64,000 nucleotides of DNA from an uncultured Verrucomicrobiae bacterium (GTDB lineage: Bacteria > Verrucomicrobiota > Verrucomicrobiia > Verrucomicrobiales > Akkermansiaceae): the NCBI GenBank assembly GCA_963771945.1, contig CAVYVH010000002.1, forward strand, positions 1,243,063 to 1,307,062, written 5' to 3'. Under the pieces are notes generated by a model, which did no database searches, was not told the DNA's origin, and saw nothing but the letters and a program-made list of their open reading frames with translations. This document shows positions 1 to 10,848 of this stretch, piece after piece. The position numbers were made by a program, and so were the translations under genes. Every line of letters starts with the position of its first letter. Within the stretch, counting starts at the first letter, position 1.

Positions 1-2
1 GC

Positions 3-278
3 GAACTAAAACCCGGGTTCGGCCGCTCCCCCGGAGACAGATTCATCGCCTGGATCTCGAAGGAAACCAATTACCTGAAACGCATCCAGTTCACGCTCAA
101 CGGCCTGGAATCCACCAAAGGCGCCGACGTGGACGTGACCTTTTATGAAATGAAAATTGCTTCTGACGGATCGGTCTGGCCCACCCGTTTTCTGGAACGC
201 GTCCAGCGCCCCGTGAAAATCAAAGCTCACGAATGGCGCATGACGTCGCTCCGCCTCGACGGAAGGAAGGCGTTTTAG
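3..278 (+). CDS. 3' end of hypothetical protein, truncated by window edge
   Basis: Open frame from 3 (ELKPGFGRSPGDRFIAWISKETNYLKRIQFTLNGLESTKGADVDVTF...GRKAF) to TAG 276-278, host-like codon usage; not in ORF track because it has no start. Confidence 0.6.
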   Translation, partial: ELKPGFGRSPGDRFIAWISKETNYLKRIQFTLNGLESTKGADVDVTFYEMKIASDGSVWPTRFLERVQRPVKIKAHEWRMTSLRLDGRKAF

Positions 279-340
279 ATCAGGGTGCCAACCCGGGATT
301 TGAGTTTCACTTTGAGAGATTGAAGTCTAGCGTCTCCCGC

Positions 341-1129
341 ATGCGCCTCGCCGATACCTTTGCCTCGCTGAAAGCCGATAACAGGAAAGCCTTTATTGCC
401 TACGTGGCCGCGGGCGATCCCACGTTCGATCTCTCACTGGAAACGATGCACGCTCTCGCGGACGCTGGCGCGGACGTTATCGAGCTGGGGCTGCCTTTTT
501 CCGATCCGCTGGCGGACGGGATCGTCAACCAGATGGCCGCCGACAGGGCGTTGAAAGCGGGTATGACCACGGCGCGGACTCTGGATCTGATCCGGGCTTT
601 CCGCGAGAAAAACGACAAAACCCCTCTCGTCCTTTTCACCTACCTGAATCCGATTTTCACTTATGGCTTCGCGAAGTTCCAGCTCGACGCGGTGAACGCC
701 GGGGCGGACGGCATCCTGCTTCTGGATCTCCCGCCGGAGGAAGGTGAGCTTTCAGAAGAGCTTGCGGAAAACCACGGGCTTTCCCACATCCGCCTCATCG
801 CCCCATCGACGCCGCCGGAACGCGTCAAACTGCTGGCGGAGAAAGCGGAAGGATTCATCTACGCGCTCTCCCGCACCGGAGTGACCGGCGGCCACTCCGC
901 GCCTGCCGAGACCATTCCTGCACAGGTTGCCGCAATCAAAGCACATACGGACGTCCCGGTTTGCGTCGGATTCGGCATCTCCACCCCGGAACAGGCGGCC
1001 ATGGTGGCGAAGTCCTCGGACGGGGTCATCGTTGGCTCCGCCATTGTGAAACAAGTGGAGCTGAACCAGACAAACCCCGCCAAAGCCGTGGCCGATTTTG
1101 TCAAACCGCTGATCGACGCCATCCGGTAA
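341..1129 (+). CDS. trpA: Tryptophan synthase alpha subunit
   Basis: IELGLPFSDPLADG, SRTGVTG, VGFGIS, GVIVGSAIV motifs; ATG at 341. Confidence 0.97.
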   Translation: MRLADTFASLKADNRKAFIAYVAAGDPTFDLSLETMHALADAGADVIELGLPFSDPLADGIVNQMAADRALKAGMTTARTLDLIRAFREKNDKTPLVLFTYLNPIFTYGFAKFQLDAVNAGADGILLLDLPPEEGELSEELAENHGLSHIRLIAPSTPPERVKLLAEKAEGFIYALSRTGVTGGHSAPAETIPAQVAAIKAHTDVPVCVGFGISTPEQAAMVAKSSDGVIVGSAIVKQVELNQTNPAKAVADFVKPLIDAIR

Positions 1130-1155
1130 ACGCGTTTTAACCAAAAAACCATGCG

Positions 1156-2178
1156 TCAATGGGACGCATGGAAGTAGGAAAGTTGCCTGAGTGGGGGTGC
1201 AACCGACTGTCCTTGGTTACGGGTTCTGTCCACCGCCAGTCGGAGGATCGATACCGGGAGAGCCGGTAAAATCTCCGCCTCCGGGGATTTCCGTCTGACC
1301 TCCGCCGGGGAACGTTCCGCCGCCTCCCGGGGATCCCTCGCCACCGTTGGGAGACATTTCGCCGCCAGGGCCACCACCACCCGGGCCGAGGGGATCGCGC
1401 GGGGCCCGCCACCGCCGCTCGGGCCGCCCGTTCCACCACCGGCACCGCCTTCCGGGCCGCCGTCACCACGGACTCGCGGGCCGCGGACGATCACACCGGA
1501 TGGAACCAGCCCGCCGCCGCGGCGGCGCTGCATCTGATTACCAATGGACTGGTTGATTTTGCCAACCGCCGCGTCGTTAAGCTGGCCGAAAACCGCAGCG
1601 TTGGTCAGCTTCGAGGTTTTCACCAGCTTCGTGAGATTCACGGTTACCGGGCGGGGAAATTCCCGCGCGTCCGGGTGCATGATGAGCATGCTTCCCGGGG
1701 AAATGGTGGTCTTGTTTCCGTACTTGTTGGAGAGCTGCGCTTCGCCTTCCAGGCAGATGAATTTCACCCATTGATCCGGGCTGTATTCCATGAGGGTTGT
1801 CGTGCCGGTGATCGCGGCGGTGATGGTTGCCGTGCGGATGGTCGCGCCGCCCGCGTTTTTCGGAACCTGGAGAAGGAAGGAGCCTTTCTCGATGGACATG
1901 TCTCGTGAGCCGGAATTGAAACGGAACACCGAGTTCGCGCCGATGCGGGTGACCGTCTGGTCGGGAAAACTGAGTTCAGCCCGCGACTGGCGGCCGGTCA
2001 GAACAGTGGAGGAGCCTCCGATCTTCTGTCCGGTGCTGGCCGAGGTGGCGGCTCGGGAGTTCTCGCTGATTTTCACGTCTTCCACGACTTTCGTGATGAC
2101 TGCGGATTTCAACGGTGCGCCGGAGAGAGGAACGGTGGCCGTGGTGCCGATGGCGGCCAGGAGCAAGATTCGTTTCAT
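1156..2178 (-). CDS. Exported FecR-domain protein with Gly/Pro-rich tail (tail probably frameshifted; true stop may be near 1217)
   Basis: Signal peptide, then TGRQSRAELSFPDQTVTRIGANSVF...AAITGT FecR-like pattern; alternative frame gives GGGQTEIPGGGDFTGSPGIDPPTGGGQNP*. Confidence 0.8.
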   Translation of the reverse strand: MKRILLLAAIGTTATVPLSGAPLKSAVITKVVEDVKISENSRAATSASTGQKIGGSSTVLTGRQSRAELSFPDQTVTRIGANSVFRFNSGSRDMSIEKGSFLLQVPKNAGGATIRTATITAAITGTTTLMEYSPDQWVKFICLEGEAQLSNKYGNKTTISPGSMLIMHPDAREFPRPVTVNLTKLVKTSKLTNAAVFGQLNDAAVGKINQSIGNQMQRRRGGGLVPSGVIVRGPRVRGDGGPEGGAGGGTGGPSGGGGPRAIPSARVVVALAAKCLPTVARDPREAAERSPAEVRRKSPEAEILPALPVSILRLAVDRTRNQGQSVAPPLRQLSYFHASH

Positions 2179-2249
2179 GATCTTTTATAATGGTTTGGAT
2201 TTTTTATCCGGAGAATTTTTAGATCGAAATATATCGTATTCCGAAGATT

Positions 2250-3185
2250 TTAGAATAGCCATTTCGCGCCGATTCCAAGGCCTCCTGACCAAGCCTCATA
2301 ATCGTTGAGATTGCCGGTATCGGAATCGTTCTTATCGAAAAACACCGAGGCGCTCGCCCTGAAGTCCCGCCTGATCTGCCAGATAAGCTCCAGCCCGAGA
2401 CCATAAGTCCAATCGTCGCGACCAAAACTATCGAAGTTGTAACGCGCGACCCTTGCCGTGGCCAGAGTGTAAACGGAGTTGGTGAACGAATGCCGGTAAC
2501 CGAGATCCAGCGCAAATTCGTTACGCTCAAGGGAGGCCGGCTTGGTGGCCCACTCATACGCACCGCTGATACCGGCGGTGAATTGTTTTCCGGGAGCCGC
2601 CCAGACGACTTTTTGAAGACCTGCCCTGATCCGTTGGGCGTTGTAATCACCATCGCTGAGCGAACCGGTGGTAACCCGCTGATACTCATAGCGGGCGAAG
2701 AAAACCGTATCATCCAGATCGGGGATGATCTTGTAAGCTCCCAGGCGGATGTTCATGTTTTCGAAATCGATCGCATCGCTCCGATCATACCGGAGAATGT
2801 CCTGGCCGATCCCTAGATCACCAAACCAGCCCTGGACAAGGTGGGGACGCCATGCAAGCGAAACGCGGGACGACGAAACCCAAGAGGAGCGATCGGTCAG
2901 CGGGTTGCCACTGGGAGCGTTGTCCGTGCGATAGATGGCGGTGCTGAAATCGGCCAGGATGGGAGCGGTATCCGGCCGTTCGACGAGGATTTCCTGCACC
3001 CCGAGATCGGAATCCGCCGGTGAGTAGGGAGCCTCGTCAAGAGATGTCAGAGTGGGTTGGCCAGCTTCCCCGGCATAGTCCGGAACCTGTCCGCCCATCC
3101 CAAAAAATCTTTGAAACGGGGTCAGAACATCCGCCTGCGCAGATATGGAACCAAGGACGATTGCTATTATAATTTTTTTACCCAT
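2250..3185 (-). CDS. Outer-membrane beta-barrel protein
   Basis: Signal peptide MGKKIIIAIVLGSISAQA, amphipathic strands, C-terminal GLGIGAKWLF ending in Phe (BAM-signal-like). Confidence 0.75.
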   Translation of the reverse strand: MGKKIIIAIVLGSISAQADVLTPFQRFFGMGGQVPDYAGEAGQPTLTSLDEAPYSPADSDLGVQEILVERPDTAPILADFSTAIYRTDNAPSGNPLTDRSSWVSSSRVSLAWRPHLVQGWFGDLGIGQDILRYDRSDAIDFENMNIRLGAYKIIPDLDDTVFFARYEYQRVTTGSLSDGDYNAQRIRAGLQKVVWAAPGKQFTAGISGAYEWATKPASLERNEFALDLGYRHSFTNSVYTLATARVARYNFDSFGRDDWTYGLGLELIWQIRRDFRASASVFFDKNDSDTGNLNDYEAWSGGLGIGAKWLF

Positions 3186-3230
3186 GAACTGAAGTGTTGC
3201 TGGAAGTTGAAAATCTAGGAAACTGTGCTT

Positions 3231-5369
3231 ATGAGCGCAAGACCCAAAACGAAAGGCTCCGGATGCCGAACCGCACTCCTCGCATTCGGGGGTGGGTGCC
3301 TGGTCGCCGCCGCCGCTTTGATCAATCCGGTGGCCGATTATTTCCTCACCATCGATAGGATACTTGGCGACAATGTGCTGTATTCCCCGGATTTCCCGGA
3401 GCCCCGCGAGGAACTGGTTTTCATCGGCATCGACGAGGACAGCCTCACTCTCAACGGGATTGATCCGGAACTGATCGGTAGCGAGGTCAATTTGCAAAGA
3501 ATGCAAGCGGGGTTCCCGTGGGATCGAAGAGTGTACGCGGATATGCTTGAGAAGCTGTTCAGCGCCGGAGCACGCATCGTGGTCATCGATTTGCTTTTCA
3601 AAACGGAGTCCGATCCGGAAGCGGACGCCGCTTTTGCCGAAGTCTTGCGAAAATACGCTGACAGGGTGGTGCTGGGCGCAAACTTCGCACCACTGTCGGT
3701 CGGCAACGACCATGCGTTCACGCTGATCGAGCCCTACCACAGGTTTCTCGAAATGGAGCCGGCTCCGGAGTACGGCTTCGTGAATTTCCGGCCCGATCAA
3801 TCTGACGGCCTGGTTCGCAACGCCTATTATTCGAGATCCGTTTCGGAGGAGAACGGTTATCCGCCCATTCCCGGAGAGGAAAGGTACGACTCGCTGGCCG
3901 GGGTGGTGCTGAAAAAGCTGGGCAAACCGGCACCATACGATCAGGCACAGATGAGATTCGCCATGGAAGACGATGGGGTCGATCCCGCCACCGGAGACCG
4001 GTTCTCGAAGGAAAACGAGTCAACACGCATCTACAGCCCGCTGTCCGCCAGGAGCATTTTCATCCCCGACGCCTGGGAGCACCGCTACGGAAACGGTGCT
4101 TTTTTCAAAGACAAGATCATCCTGATCGGCCCGGCTTATGCGGCTTTCCAAGACAATCACCAGACCCCCGTCGGCCAGCTCTACGGCCCGCAGCTTCACC
4201 TTCAGGCGATTGGAAGCGGGTTGAGCGACAGTTTCGCCTTCAGGCCCATCGATACCTGGAGGCCGGGCGTTGTCGGCATGGCTCTGCTTGGCGCATGCGT
4301 CGGCGGGTTGCTTCTGTATTTCATTCGGAAACCCATCATCGCGCTGACCTTCGGCATCATCGTCATCGCCGCGGCGGCGGGTGCCGCGTTCGTCTATGCA
4401 AGCATCCGGGGGATCTGGATAGGGCCGACACCGTTCATCGTCTCCTTCTTCGTAAGCGGTGTGGCCGGGCAGACTTATTATCTGGTCAGCGAGAAACTCG
4501 AGCGCTCCCGCCTCCACGGGCAGTTCCGGCGTTTCGTATCGCGGGATGTGGCGGACTCGCTGGTGAACGATCCTAGAATTTACCAGCAGGCGGCAACCGG
4601 GCGGAAACGGGAAGTGGTCGTCCTGTTCTCGGATATCCGCGGCTTCACCTCCCTTTCCGAGCAGATTTCACCGGAGGAACTTTTCGCCCTGCTCAACGAA
4701 TACCTGACCGCCATGGTCAAAATCATTTTCGACCACGGTGGCACCCTCGACAAGTTCATCGGCGATGCGATTCTGGCCCACTGGGGCGCTCTCGACGACG
4801 GGGACCCAAAAGACTTCACCAACAGCGCCCTGGCAGCCACCGAAGCCATGATCAAAGAGCTCGAAAGGCTGAACGCGGACTGGAAAAAGCGCGGCCTGCC
4901 GGAACTCGGTATCGGCATCGGCCTCCATCTCGGGGAAGTCCTCGCGGGGGAAATTGGCTCCAAGCAGAGGACGGAATTCGGAGTGATCGGGGATGCGGTG
5001 AATCTCGCTTCCCGCCTGGAAGGTATGACAAAGGCGTTTTCCTGCCAATGGCTGGGAAGCGGGCAATTCATCGAAGCTGCCGGGGGGCAGGCGAAGCTCC
5101 GGCGTATCGCCAAAGTGCAGGTGAAAGGCCGGGAGGAACCCGTCGATCTATGGACATCCGTGATCAGCGAAGAGGCGCGCGCGGCGTATGCGGAAGCGCT
5201 CGGTCACTTCGAGACCGGGGACTTCGAAACCACGCTTGCACATCTTGAAAAATACGTCGGTGAATTCGCGGACGACCGAGTGGCTACGCACCTGCTGGAT
5301 CACACGCGGAGATTCCTGGAATTGCGCCCCCCCGATTGGAAGGGCATCATCAGATTCAACGAAAAATAA
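3231..5369 (+). CDS. CHASE2-domain class III adenylate/guanylate cyclase
   Basis: IGIDEDSL and FPWDRRVYA (CHASE2), 3 TM helices, [28 protein letters not shown]. Confidence 0.93.
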   Translation: MSARPKTKGSGCRTALLAFGGGCLVAAAALINPVADYFLTIDRILGDNVLYSPDFPEPREELVFIGIDEDSLTLNGIDPELIGSEVNLQRMQAGFPWDRRVYADMLEKLFSAGARIVVIDLLFKTESDPEADAAFAEVLRKYADRVVLGANFAPLSVGNDHAFTLIEPYHRFLEMEPAPEYGFVNFRPDQSDGLVRNAYYSRSVSEENGYPPIPGEERYDSLAGVVLKKLGKPAPYDQAQMRFAMEDDGVDPATGDRFSKENESTRIYSPLSARSIFIPDAWEHRYGNGAFFKDKIILIGPAYAAFQDNHQTPVGQLYGPQLHLQAIGSGLSDSFAFRPIDTWRPGVVGMALLGACVGGLLLYFIRKPIIALTFGIIVIAAAAGAAFVYASIRGIWIGPTPFIVSFFVSGVAGQTYYLVSEKLERSRLHGQFRRFVSRDVADSLVNDPRIYQQAATGRKREVVVLFSDIRGFTSLSEQISPEELFALLNEYLTAMVKIIFDHGGTLDKFIGDAILAHWGALDDGDPKDFTNSALAATEAMIKELERLNADWKKRGLPELGIGIGLHLGEVLAGEIGSKQRTEFGVIGDAVNLASRLEGMTKAFSCQWLGSGQFIEAAGGQAKLRRIAKVQVKGREEPVDLWTSVISEEARAAYAEALGHFETGDFETTLAHLEKYVGEFADDRVATHLLDHTRRFLELRPPDWKGIIRFNEK

Positions 5370-5375
5370 GAAAAA

Positions 5376-5458
5376 TACCTCCGGCCGGACTCGAACCGGC
5401 ACGCCTGTGAGGGCAACGGATTTTAAATCCGCAGTGTCTACCATTCCACCACGGAGGC
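5376..5458 (-). tRNA. tRNA-Leu (anticodon TAA)
   Basis: Reverse complement GCCTCCGTGGTGGAATGGTAGACACTGCGGATTTAAAATCCGTTGCCCTCACAGGCGTGCCGGTTCGAGTCCGGCCGGAGGTA: cloverleaf, long variable arm, GTTCGA T-loop, no encoded CCA. Confidence 0.96.
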
Positions 5459-5519
5459 ATTGTTTCGCATGGAGAAGCGGGGCAACTCAACCGCCTTTTC
5501 CCCTCCCCGTCCAGCAAAG

Positions 5520-5855
5520 TCATTCCACTTCGTCAGAAGGCTTTTCCTTTGCCGGAGGTTTCGCCCTGTGACCAGGCTTGGCGAGGATCTCGATGTAAAT
5601 GGAGTCCCAGTTTTCCTCCGATGCCCTGTCGATGGGTTTGACGATATCGGAAACGTGAACCGGCTCCGCCGTCTCCGCATCCTTGCCGGCGCGGCAGTCG
5701 AAATCCCAGAAATCAACGTCTTCGGGAAGCACCTTGCGGTGCTCGCGTTTCAGATACTTGCGGACTTCCGCCTTGATCGACTCGACGATGCGGGCGGGCT
5801 TGTGCTTCGGATCTTCGAGTGGAAACGTTTTCTTCATGACGTTCTTGTCGGCCAT
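5520..5855 (-). CDS. DUF6172-like small protein
   Basis: MKKTFPL...[15 protein letters not shown]...DFWDFDCR...YIEILAKPG. Confidence 0.75.
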   Translation of the reverse strand: MADKNVMKKTFPLEDPKHKPARIVESIKAEVRKYLKREHRKVLPEDVDFWDFDCRAGKDAETAEPVHVSDIVKPIDRASEENWDSIYIEILAKPGHRAKPPAKEKPSDEVE

Positions 5856-5868
5856 GCCCGGAGGATTG

Positions 5869-6561
5869 TCACGCCCCGTTCATCAGGATCACCATCTCCC
5901 CTTTGGTGCCCTGGGACTTGAACCACTCGAGCAGCTCTCCTGCCGTTCCGCGGTGATAGGTTTCGAATTTTTTCGTGAGTTCACGGGCCACACAGATTCT
6001 CGCGGTCGGGGCGATCTCCGTGAGGATTTCCAGAGTGGAAACGATGCGGTGGGGACTCTCGAAGAAAATACCCGTCTCGCCGCTTTCGAGTGCGTTCGAC
6101 ATGGCAGTACGGCGTTTTCCGGATTTTACGGAGAGGAAACCTCCGAAACGGAAAGCATGGCAGGGTAGGCCGGATCCGATCAGGGCTGTGAGAACGGCGG
6201 AAGGCCCGGGCAGGACATCGAACGGGACATCCGCTTCCAGACAAGCCTGCACCAGACGGTATCCCGGATCGGAAACTCCCGGCATCCCGGCATCACTGAC
6301 AAAGGCGATGGTTTCGCCAGCTTTCGCGGCGGCGACGAGTTCGGGGGATTTCCGGCTCTCGTTGTGCTCATGGAGTGCGACGAGCGGCTTTCCCGTGATC
6401 CCATGGTGGGAGAGCAGGATTCCGGATCTGCGGGTGTCCTCACAGGCGATCCGATCCGAGGATCTCAAAACCTCGATGGCACGAAGGGTGATGTCCCCGA
6501 GATTTCCGATCGGGGTCGGCACCAGGATGATTCGCCCTCCGGTCGGCTCGTCCCCGCTCAT
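5869..6561 (-). CDS. rsmI: 16S rRNA (cytidine1402-2'-O)-methyltransferase
   Basis: TPIGNLGDIT, CEDTR, SDAGMPGVSDPG, FESPHR, RELTKKFE. Confidence 0.96.
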   Translation of the reverse strand: MSGDEPTGGRIILVPTPIGNLGDITLRAIEVLRSSDRIACEDTRRSGILLSHHGITGKPLVALHEHNESRKSPELVAAAKAGETIAFVSDAGMPGVSDPGYRLVQACLEADVPFDVLPGPSAVLTALIGSGLPCHAFRFGGFLSVKSGKRRTAMSNALESGETGIFFESPHRIVSTLEILTEIAPTARICVARELTKKFETYHRGTAGELLEWFKSQGTKGEMVILMNGA

Positions 6562-6959
6562 TCCGTTCCCTCCAGGATTTTCCTTTCCGAGTCCGAAAGC
6601 GGGGAGACCGCTCCGCTGTGATCGACTTTCACTGTAACCATTTCACCGCGTGCGGCGAGCTCCCCTCCGTTTTTCAAGATCTCGAACTTCCAGCAAAGCG
6701 AGGTGCCTCCGATGTGATCCAAGGCCAGCAGGACTTCGATGCGATCCTGGAATTCGAGCGGGCGTTTATACTCGCAGGAAACCTTCACTCTCGGCCAGCC
6801 ACCTTTTCCACGATTGAAAACGACGATACCGGAGGATTCGAGGAAGTCATGCTCCGCACGTTCCGGATAGGTCAGGATTTTTGAAAAATGCACCCATCCA
6901 CTCGCATCCGTATCCGAAAAAGCGACCTTGCAGGAGTAGCGGTGACGGATGTTTTCCAA
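6558..6959 (-). CDS. Acyl-CoA thioesterase (4HBT/YbgC family)
   Basis: VAFSDTDASGWVHF hot-dog motif; adjacent to fabF. Confidence 0.85.
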   Translation of the reverse strand: MENIRHRYSCKVAFSDTDASGWVHFSKILTYPERAEHDFLESSGIVVFNRGKGGWPRVKVSCEYKRPLEFQDRIEVLLALDHIGGTSLCWKFEILKNGGELAARGEMVTVKVDHSGAVSPLSDSERKILEGTE

Positions 6960-6977
6960 AAGAGTATCCTTAGAAGA

Positions 6978-8228
6978 TCAGTCCTCGAACTTCCGCACCA
7001 GAACCGAGGCGTTGTGCCCGCCGAAGCCGAAGCTGTTGCTGAGCGCGATCTTGATAGGCACCTCGCGGGCGGTGTTCGGAACCACGTCCAGATCGCATTC
7101 CGGATCCTGCTCCTCGATATTGATCGTCGGCGGAACGACGCCATCGACGATGCCCATCACGCTCGCGATCAGCTCAATTCCACCGGCCGCACCGAGCATG
7201 TGCCCGGTCATCGATTTCGTGGAGCTGACCATGAGACCGTTGGTCGCGTAATCGCCGAAGGCAACCTTGATCGCCTTGGTCTCGGCGATGTCGCCGAGAC
7301 CGGTGGAGGTTGCGTGGGCATTGAGATAGTCAACTTCCCCGGGGTTCACTTTTCCGTGCTTCAGAGCCATGCCGATCGCATAGGCGGGGCCGCTGCCGTC
7401 GGGAGAAGGGGCGCTGAGGTGATACGCATCCGCACTGACACCATAGCCGATAAGTTCAGCGTAAATTTTCGCACCTCGGGCTTTTGCCGTTTCGAGTTCC
7501 TCGATCATCACGACACCCGAGCCCTCGCCCATGACGAAACCGTCACGATGGAGATCGAAGGGACGGGAAGCCTTCTCCGGAGCATCGTTGCGGGTGCTGA
7601 GCGCCTTCATGTTGTTGAAACCGCAAAGCCCCATCGGGAGAACCGCGGCCTCGGCACCACCGCAAAGGAAGCCGTCGGCATCGCCGAATTTGATCATCCT
7701 CCATGCCTCGCCGATATTGTGGTTCGATGTGGCGCACGCGGTCACGATCACCATGTTCGGCTCGAGCAGACCGTGCTCCATGGAAATGATTCCCGAAGCG
7801 ATGTTTGAGATCATCATCGGGATCGTGAACGGAGAAACGCGGCGGGCTCCTTTTTCCAGATACGTTTTATGCTCGCGCTCCAGGGTGGAAAGTCCGCCGA
7901 TACCGCTGCCGACCATCACACCATAGCGGCGCGCGTCGATTTTCTCCACATCCAGACCGGAGTCCTCCATCGCCATCTTCGAGGCCGCCACGGCAAACTG
8001 GACGTAGCGGTCGGAACGGCGGGCGTCCTTGGGGGTGCGGAAATATCCGTCCGCGTCGAAGTTCCTCACCTCACCGGCGATCTTACAATCGAAGGGCGTG
8101 GCGTCGATCGTCTCGATGAGGCGGATGCCGCTCTTGCCGTTTTTCAGTCCGTCCCATGTCGTCTCCAAGTCATTTCCCAGCGGGGAAATGCAGCCGATCC
8201 CAGTAATCACAACCCGTCGTTCAGTCAT
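6978..8228 (-). CDS. fabF: Beta-ketoacyl-ACP synthase II
   Basis: RRVVITGIG, TACATS, NAHATST, KSMTGHMLGAAG, SNSFGFGGHN. Confidence 0.97.
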   Translation of the reverse strand: MTERRVVITGIGCISPLGNDLETTWDGLKNGKSGIRLIETIDATPFDCKIAGEVRNFDADGYFRTPKDARRSDRYVQFAVAASKMAMEDSGLDVEKIDARRYGVMVGSGIGGLSTLEREHKTYLEKGARRVSPFTIPMMISNIASGIISMEHGLLEPNMVIVTACATSNHNIGEAWRMIKFGDADGFLCGGAEAAVLPMGLCGFNNMKALSTRNDAPEKASRPFDLHRDGFVMGEGSGVVMIEELETAKARGAKIYAELIGYGVSADAYHLSAPSPDGSGPAYAIGMALKHGKVNPGEVDYLNAHATSTGLGDIAETKAIKVAFGDYATNGLMVSSTKSMTGHMLGAAGGIELIASVMGIVDGVVPPTINIEEQDPECDLDVVPNTAREVPIKIALSNSFGFGGHNASVLVRKFED

Positions 8229-8299
8229 ATCGTGGAGAAATCCTAAGCCGCGAACCAACTTCCACGCAAGCAATAGAAACGGACATCCCCAACTGCCCT

Positions 8300-9580
8300 T
8301 CAGGCTGCCATTTTCATAATCGCAAAAGCCCCGGAAGCGGCGATGACCGCAAGACTCGCCACTCCGACAATCCGATCCGTCACGGTCATTCTCGGCCTCA
8401 TGACCGATACGGATTTCGGAAAAACTATCGCAGCGTAGGCCATCCCGGCGATCAATCCGCCGAAGTGCGCGGCATTGTCGATGAAGCGGTAACCAACCAG
8501 GCCGATCAGAGCGGTCATGATCACTCCCCCGACAAGTCTCCGTCTCGCGCTGCGGGGAACGAGCTTCGAGTGAAGGGTTTCAAAAACCAGCAGGAAACCC
8601 AACCATCCCATCAGTCCGCCGGAAGCGCCGACCGAAGGCGCGGCCATGAAACGGGCGGATGCCTCGCCACCGACGAGAGCGGCGAAAAGAAACACCATCG
8701 GCACGTGCGGCCATCGCGCGAAAACCTCCACCCGTTTTCCGAGATACAGCAGTGCCAACGCGTTCATTACCAGGTGGACAATCCCACCGTGCATCATCGG
8801 AGCGGTGAACAGCCGCCACCATTCCCCGCCGAAATAAGCCTGCTTCACCAAACCGGCGCGCATAACCGAACCGTGAAAAGCGAAGATCGAGCCATCGACA
8901 AACATTTGCGCGAGGGCAACCACAAGAACCAGTCCGAGCATCACCCTTGTAAGCGGAGCCTTCTGCAAGCCCAGCCATGTTTCAAAACGGATCAGCGGAA
9001 CGACCGGTACCGCTTTTCCGCCCTGCTTGCGGATCTCGCCAATCCGCTTCTGCGCCTGATACCAGGGGATGAATGCGAACATCAAAAAACCGAGCAGAGA
9101 CATGCCTACGGTCATCGATTTCGTGAGCACACCGAAGATCCACCGGGCTCGCTGGACTGCGTCCACCTCCACCTTGTTCGCTTTCGCCAACGCATCGAGC
9201 TGCGCGGATCCCTGAAACGCCACGTAGCAGAGAAGAACAGCCACCCCGATGCCGAACCATTTCAACCTGTGCCGCGCATCCGCCAGGTCATCGACCGCCC
9301 AGCTCTTGCGCACCTCCTGGATCGGCTCGGAGAACGCCGCTATCTCCTCGGGGATACGGCAGAACCGGGAATCCGGAGTCCACACGAGATCCAGGGTGCT
9401 ATCGCGATCCTCCCGTATCGCCTTTGAAAGCTCTTCGAGAGACGCGCAGGGGTGCTTTCCACCTTTCCTATCGACCCAGCCGAAGCCTTCGCCTGCGGGC
9501 GGAAAAGCCTCGTCGCGCTGCCAGATCGCGAGATCCAGTTCCTCGCTCCCGTCCTGGTCAGCTATCTTCACTCCTTGCAA
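8300..9580 (-). CDS. Rhomboid-family intramembrane serine protease with N-terminal extension
   Basis: EWWRLFT, HLVMN, GASGG, AHFGG. Confidence 0.9.
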   Translation of the reverse strand: MQGVKIADQDGSEELDLAIWQRDEAFPPAGEGFGWVDRKGGKHPCASLEELSKAIREDRDSTLDLVWTPDSRFCRIPEEIAAFSEPIQEVRKSWAVDDLADARHRLKWFGIGVAVLLCYVAFQGSAQLDALAKANKVEVDAVQRARWIFGVLTKSMTVGMSLLGFLMFAFIPWYQAQKRIGEIRKQGGKAVPVVPLIRFETWLGLQKAPLTRVMLGLVLVVALAQMFVDGSIFAFHGSVMRAGLVKQAYFGGEWWRLFTAPMMHGGIVHLVMNALALLYLGKRVEVFARWPHVPMVFLFAALVGGEASARFMAAPSVGASGGLMGWLGFLLVFETLHSKLVPRSARRRLVGGVIMTALIGLVGYRFIDNAAHFGGLIAGMAYAAIVFPKSVSVMRPRMTVTDRIVGVASLAVIAASGAFAIMKMAA

Positions 9581-9589
9581 GCGTCCGGC

Positions 9590-10135
9590 TTACTCGGATT
9601 TGTTCTCGTTGTTTTCGGCCGGCTCCGGAGTCTCCACAGGTGCCTCTTCAACAACAGGTTCGGTGGCCTCCACCTCCGCCTGCGCGGCGTCCTCCGTCGG
9701 GGTTTCCTCGACAGTGGCAGGTTCCGTTTCGGTTTCGGTTGGAGCGGGAGCTTCCTCAACGGGAAGTTCGTCAGCCAGAGATTTCGGAGTCGCGGGAGTT
9801 TCCTCAACAACAGGGGTTTCGGCGGATTCTTCCGCAACCACCGTGTCGGGTTCCAGCAGGGATTTGTCCTTGCTTTGCTTTCCGATGAGAATCGCCAGCG
9901 CCAGGCTGAGCAGGAAAAACAGCGAACCGAGATACACCGTGCCCTTCTGCAAAACGTTCGTAGTCCGCGCACCAAATACTTGGTCGGTCACACCACCACC
10001 GAACGCGGCACCAAGTCCCTCCTGTTTCGGACGCTGCATCAGGATGAGCAGCGACATCAGAAGACAGACGATAACGAAGACAACCAGCAGGAGGTTGATA
10101 CTAATGGCGAGCCAGTTAATTGCGGCGAAAATCAT
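9590..10135 (-). CDS. secG: Preprotein translocase SecG with acidic tail
   Basis: ILMQRPKQEGLGAAFGGG...FGART; two TM helices. Confidence 0.92.
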   Translation of the reverse strand: MIFAAINWLAISINLLLVVFVIVCLLMSLLILMQRPKQEGLGAAFGGGVTDQVFGARTTNVLQKGTVYLGSLFFLLSLALAILIGKQSKDKSLLEPDTVVAEESAETPVVEETPATPKSLADELPVEEAPAPTETETEPATVEETPTEDAAQAEVEATEPVVEEAPVETPEPAENNENKSE

Positions 10136-10237
10136 GGGCGGCGGAATATGGGTATGGTCACCCACCTTGTAAAGCAGGGACTTTCCGGTTTTTATACGAT
10201 CAAAATGACAGCCCGGATCTAGGAAATTCCGGCGAAA

Positions 10238-10747
10238 TCAGAGACCCTTCAACCAAGAGACCACCTTGGAATCGTCCCCGCCGGACGCCCACACATGGCG
10301 TAGAAAATCAGCCGGCGGAGTGTTGCCATGCCTTGATAGAAAATTCCGGTCACCACCACAGCCGAACATCGTGTCAGGATCCAGTTCACCACGCAGCTTG
10401 GCACGGGCTTTCACCAGTATCCTCGGAAGGTATGTGATCCCGTCCAGCTCCGCGTCGCGGGTCGGCAGGTCGTCCCGGTTGATCTCCTTGTCGCTGGCGG
10501 AGCCTCCTTGCTCCACGAGGAAATAGTCACGCCGCACCGCTGCCACAAGAAGGGCGGTGGTTGGAGACGGCTCCCCGCCATCCACGTGGTCCTCGATGAA
10601 ATCGAAAAACTCCCGCCGCTTGTAGCCGATGCTTGCCAGGAACTCCAGATCCTCCGCCGTGTAATCTTTGTTGTAGTCGAAATTCCCCGCCTTGTAATCG
10701 GCGGCGCAGCGGGCGAACAAAGTCTCGAATGTGTCGTTCCAGTTCAT
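10238..10747 (-). CDS. DUF5069-like protein
   Basis: LDGITYLPRILVKARAKLRGEL...CGGDRNFL pattern. Confidence 0.65.
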   Translation of the reverse strand: MNWNDTFETLFARCAADYKAGNFDYNKDYTAEDLEFLASIGYKRREFFDFIEDHVDGGEPSPTTALLVAAVRRDYFLVEQGGSASDKEINRDDLPTRDAELDGITYLPRILVKARAKLRGELDPDTMFGCGGDRNFLSRHGNTPPADFLRHVWASGGDDSKVVSWLKGL

Positions 10748-10848
10748 GCGCGGAACATGAAAGCCCCGGCCCGCACATGCCAACAGTTTTTTCACCAACC
10801 TTTTCAGCTTACCCATCGCGATTTTCCAACTAGCGTGCCCACCAACAC

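Noticed and set aside
5376-5458. tRNA-Leu as the integration site of the cyclase cassette
   Set aside because: No duplicated tRNA 3' end or integrase was seen in 1-5376, and composition is host-like.
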